Virus record (IMG/VR): IMGVR_UViG_2713896777_000025
DNA: 4,352 nt
Source of the DNA: a virus
Lineage: Duplodnaviria; Heunggongvirae; Uroviricota; Caudoviricetes
Strand: one strand, 5' to 3'
The notes under the pieces were generated by a model. It searched no databases, was not told the DNA's origin, and was given only the letters and a program-made list of their open reading frames with translations. A program made the translations under genes and the position numbers. Positions 3,111-4,352 of this stretch are shown in pieces. Position 1 is the stretch's first letter, and each line of letters opens with the position of its first letter.

Positions 3111-4352
3111 CTACACGGCTCGGATACCCCTTTTACCACTGGCGAGGGTTACGCCCGTCGCCGCAGCCTCGACAAATTCGCCCCACCAGCGCATCAGCAC
3201 GATGCGTTTTTCTATGTAGTTGCTCCGGTTGTATGCCCGTCTAACTTCGTTGGTGTCGACGTGGGCAAGTGCCGCCTCTATTACGTCCGGCTCGAATCCT
3301 TCCTCGTTCGCTGCTGTGCTGAATATGGCGCGTAATCCATGAGACACCAGCACGCCAGCGAATCCCATACGCCGCAATGCTGCGTTAGCTGTCTGGCTGT
3401 TCATCGGCTGCTGTGGGTCTTTCAGACTTGGGAAAACGTAATTGCGGTGGTGGCTGATTGGTTTCATGGCCTCCAGCACCGCCATAGCCTGACCGGAAAG
3501 CGGGATAACGTGATCCCTGCGCATCTTCATGCGTCCGGCAGGTATCGTCCATTGCTTCGCGTCCAGGTTGATTTCATCCCACCGCGTTGATGACGCTTCG
3601 GCGGGACGGGTTACGGTCAGTAACTGCCATTCAATCAGTAATCTGGTCTGCCGTTCTGTTGCCGATACTGATAAAGCCTGCATAAGCTCGGGCAGCTGTT
3701 CGGGGCGGATTGTTGGCATATGTTTTTTTACAGGTGAGGGAAACGCCTTACGCACATTCATAGCCGGATTGGCATCAATCAGCCCACTGTTGGCGGCGTA
3801 ATCCATTACCTCATTAACGCGCTGTAAAACCCGCTTGAGTGTTTCCAGGTTGCCGCGCTCCTTGATGGGGGTAAGCACTTCAACGAACCTTCGGGCGGTG
3901 AGGGTATCTATTGGCGTGTTGCCGATGAACGGGAATACATATTTATCCAGCGAACGCCAGATGTCTTTAATCGTGTTGGGGGCCAGATTCTGGCTGATTT
4001 TCACCTGGTACCATGCCGCCGCCACATTTTCGAACGTGTTCCCTTGTCTTCGGGCCTCTGTCTCTCTTTTTTGCCTCTCGTGGTCCTGCGGGTCAGTTCC
4101 GGCACTGATTAACGTCCTGTACTCGCTACGGCGTTTTCTGGCATCAGCCAGGGAAACATCTTCAAGCGATCCAAAACTCAGCAATATTCTTTTTTTGTCC
4201 GATGGTCGGTAGTAGGAAAATCTCCAGAGTTTTGATCCAGACGGTTTGACCAGGAGAAAAAGCCCTCCGCCGTCCTGCAGGGTGTACTCCTTTTGCGCTG
4301 GTCTGGCTGCTTTGATCTGCACTGTGGTTAATGGGTGTGTTTTTCTCGCCAT
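3111..4352 (-). CDS. int: P4-family tyrosine recombinase / phage integrase (413 aa, complete; ATG is the last 3 bases of the window)
   Basis: ORF-track ORF. N-terminal arm-binding-type region (LTTVQIKAARPAQKEYTLQDGGGLFLLVKPSGSKLWRFSYY) and a C-terminal catalytic domain with the conserved residues in order: R (LTVTRPAE), K (GRMKMRR), H-x-x-R (SHGLRAIF), H (ALAHVD), Y (RAYNRSNY). Stop TAG at 3113-3111. Confidence 0.95.
   Translation of the reverse strand: MARKTHPLTTVQIKAARPAQKEYTLQDGGGLFLLVKPSGSKLWRFSYYRPSDKKRILLSFGSLEDVSLADARKRRSEYRTLISAGTDPQDHERQKRETEARRQGNTFENVAAAWYQVKISQNLAPNTIKDIWRSLDKYVFPFIGNTPIDTLTARRFVEVLTPIKERGNLETLKRVLQRVNEVMDYAANSGLIDANPAMNVRKAFPSPVKKHMPTIRPEQLPELMQALSVSATERQTRLLIEWQLLTVTRPAEASSTRWDEINLDAKQWTIPAGRMKMRRDHVIPLSGQAMAVLEAMKPISHHRNYVFPSLKDPQQPMNSQTANAALRRMGFAGVLVSHGLRAIFSTAANEEGFEPDVIEAALAHVDTNEVRRAYNRSNYIEKRIVLMRWWGEFVEAAATGVTLASGKRGIRAV

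Noticed and set aside
2953-4212. Plus-strand ORFs 2953..3219, 3339..3590, 3529..3801 and 3835..4212
   Set aside because: All lie antisense within or across the integrase gene, whose identity is unambiguous.
1-4352. tRNA gene, att direct repeat, CRISPR array or IS element
   Set aside because: I looked for cloverleaf-like or acceptor-stem-type sequence next to int, for spaced direct repeats, and for terminal inverted repeats around a transposase; none is present. The att/tRNA is expected outside the window.

Overview
This window looks like the integrase-proximal arm of a P4-like / CP4-type integrative element from an enterobacterium; the host assignment is an impression from composition and gene content, not a verified result. 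On the minus strand, right to left: a complete P4-family tyrosine integrase (3111..4352, starting at the window edge), a small basic ORF with its own intrinsic terminator, an AlpA/Vis-family regulator (2408..2614), and then an operon of six tightly overlapping small genes (1807 down to the left edge) that starts with an internally duplicated gene. The only plus-strand genes are a two-gene cassette between alpA and that operon: an Arc/Mnt-type ribbon-helix-helix protein (1938..2111, below the ORF-track size cut-off) and a probable small single-TM peptide, closed by a strong terminator. The RHH gene is divergent from the minus-strand operon across a 130-bp region with two copies of a perfect GGTAATTACC palindrome overlapping candidate promoters for both directions, which reads like an immunity-type switch. 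Two N-runs (622..688, 2197..2255) hide parts of two genes. No tRNA, rRNA, CRISPR array or IS element was seen; the att site is expected beyond the right edge. All product calls rest on by-eye motif recognition and sequence signals, with no database search.
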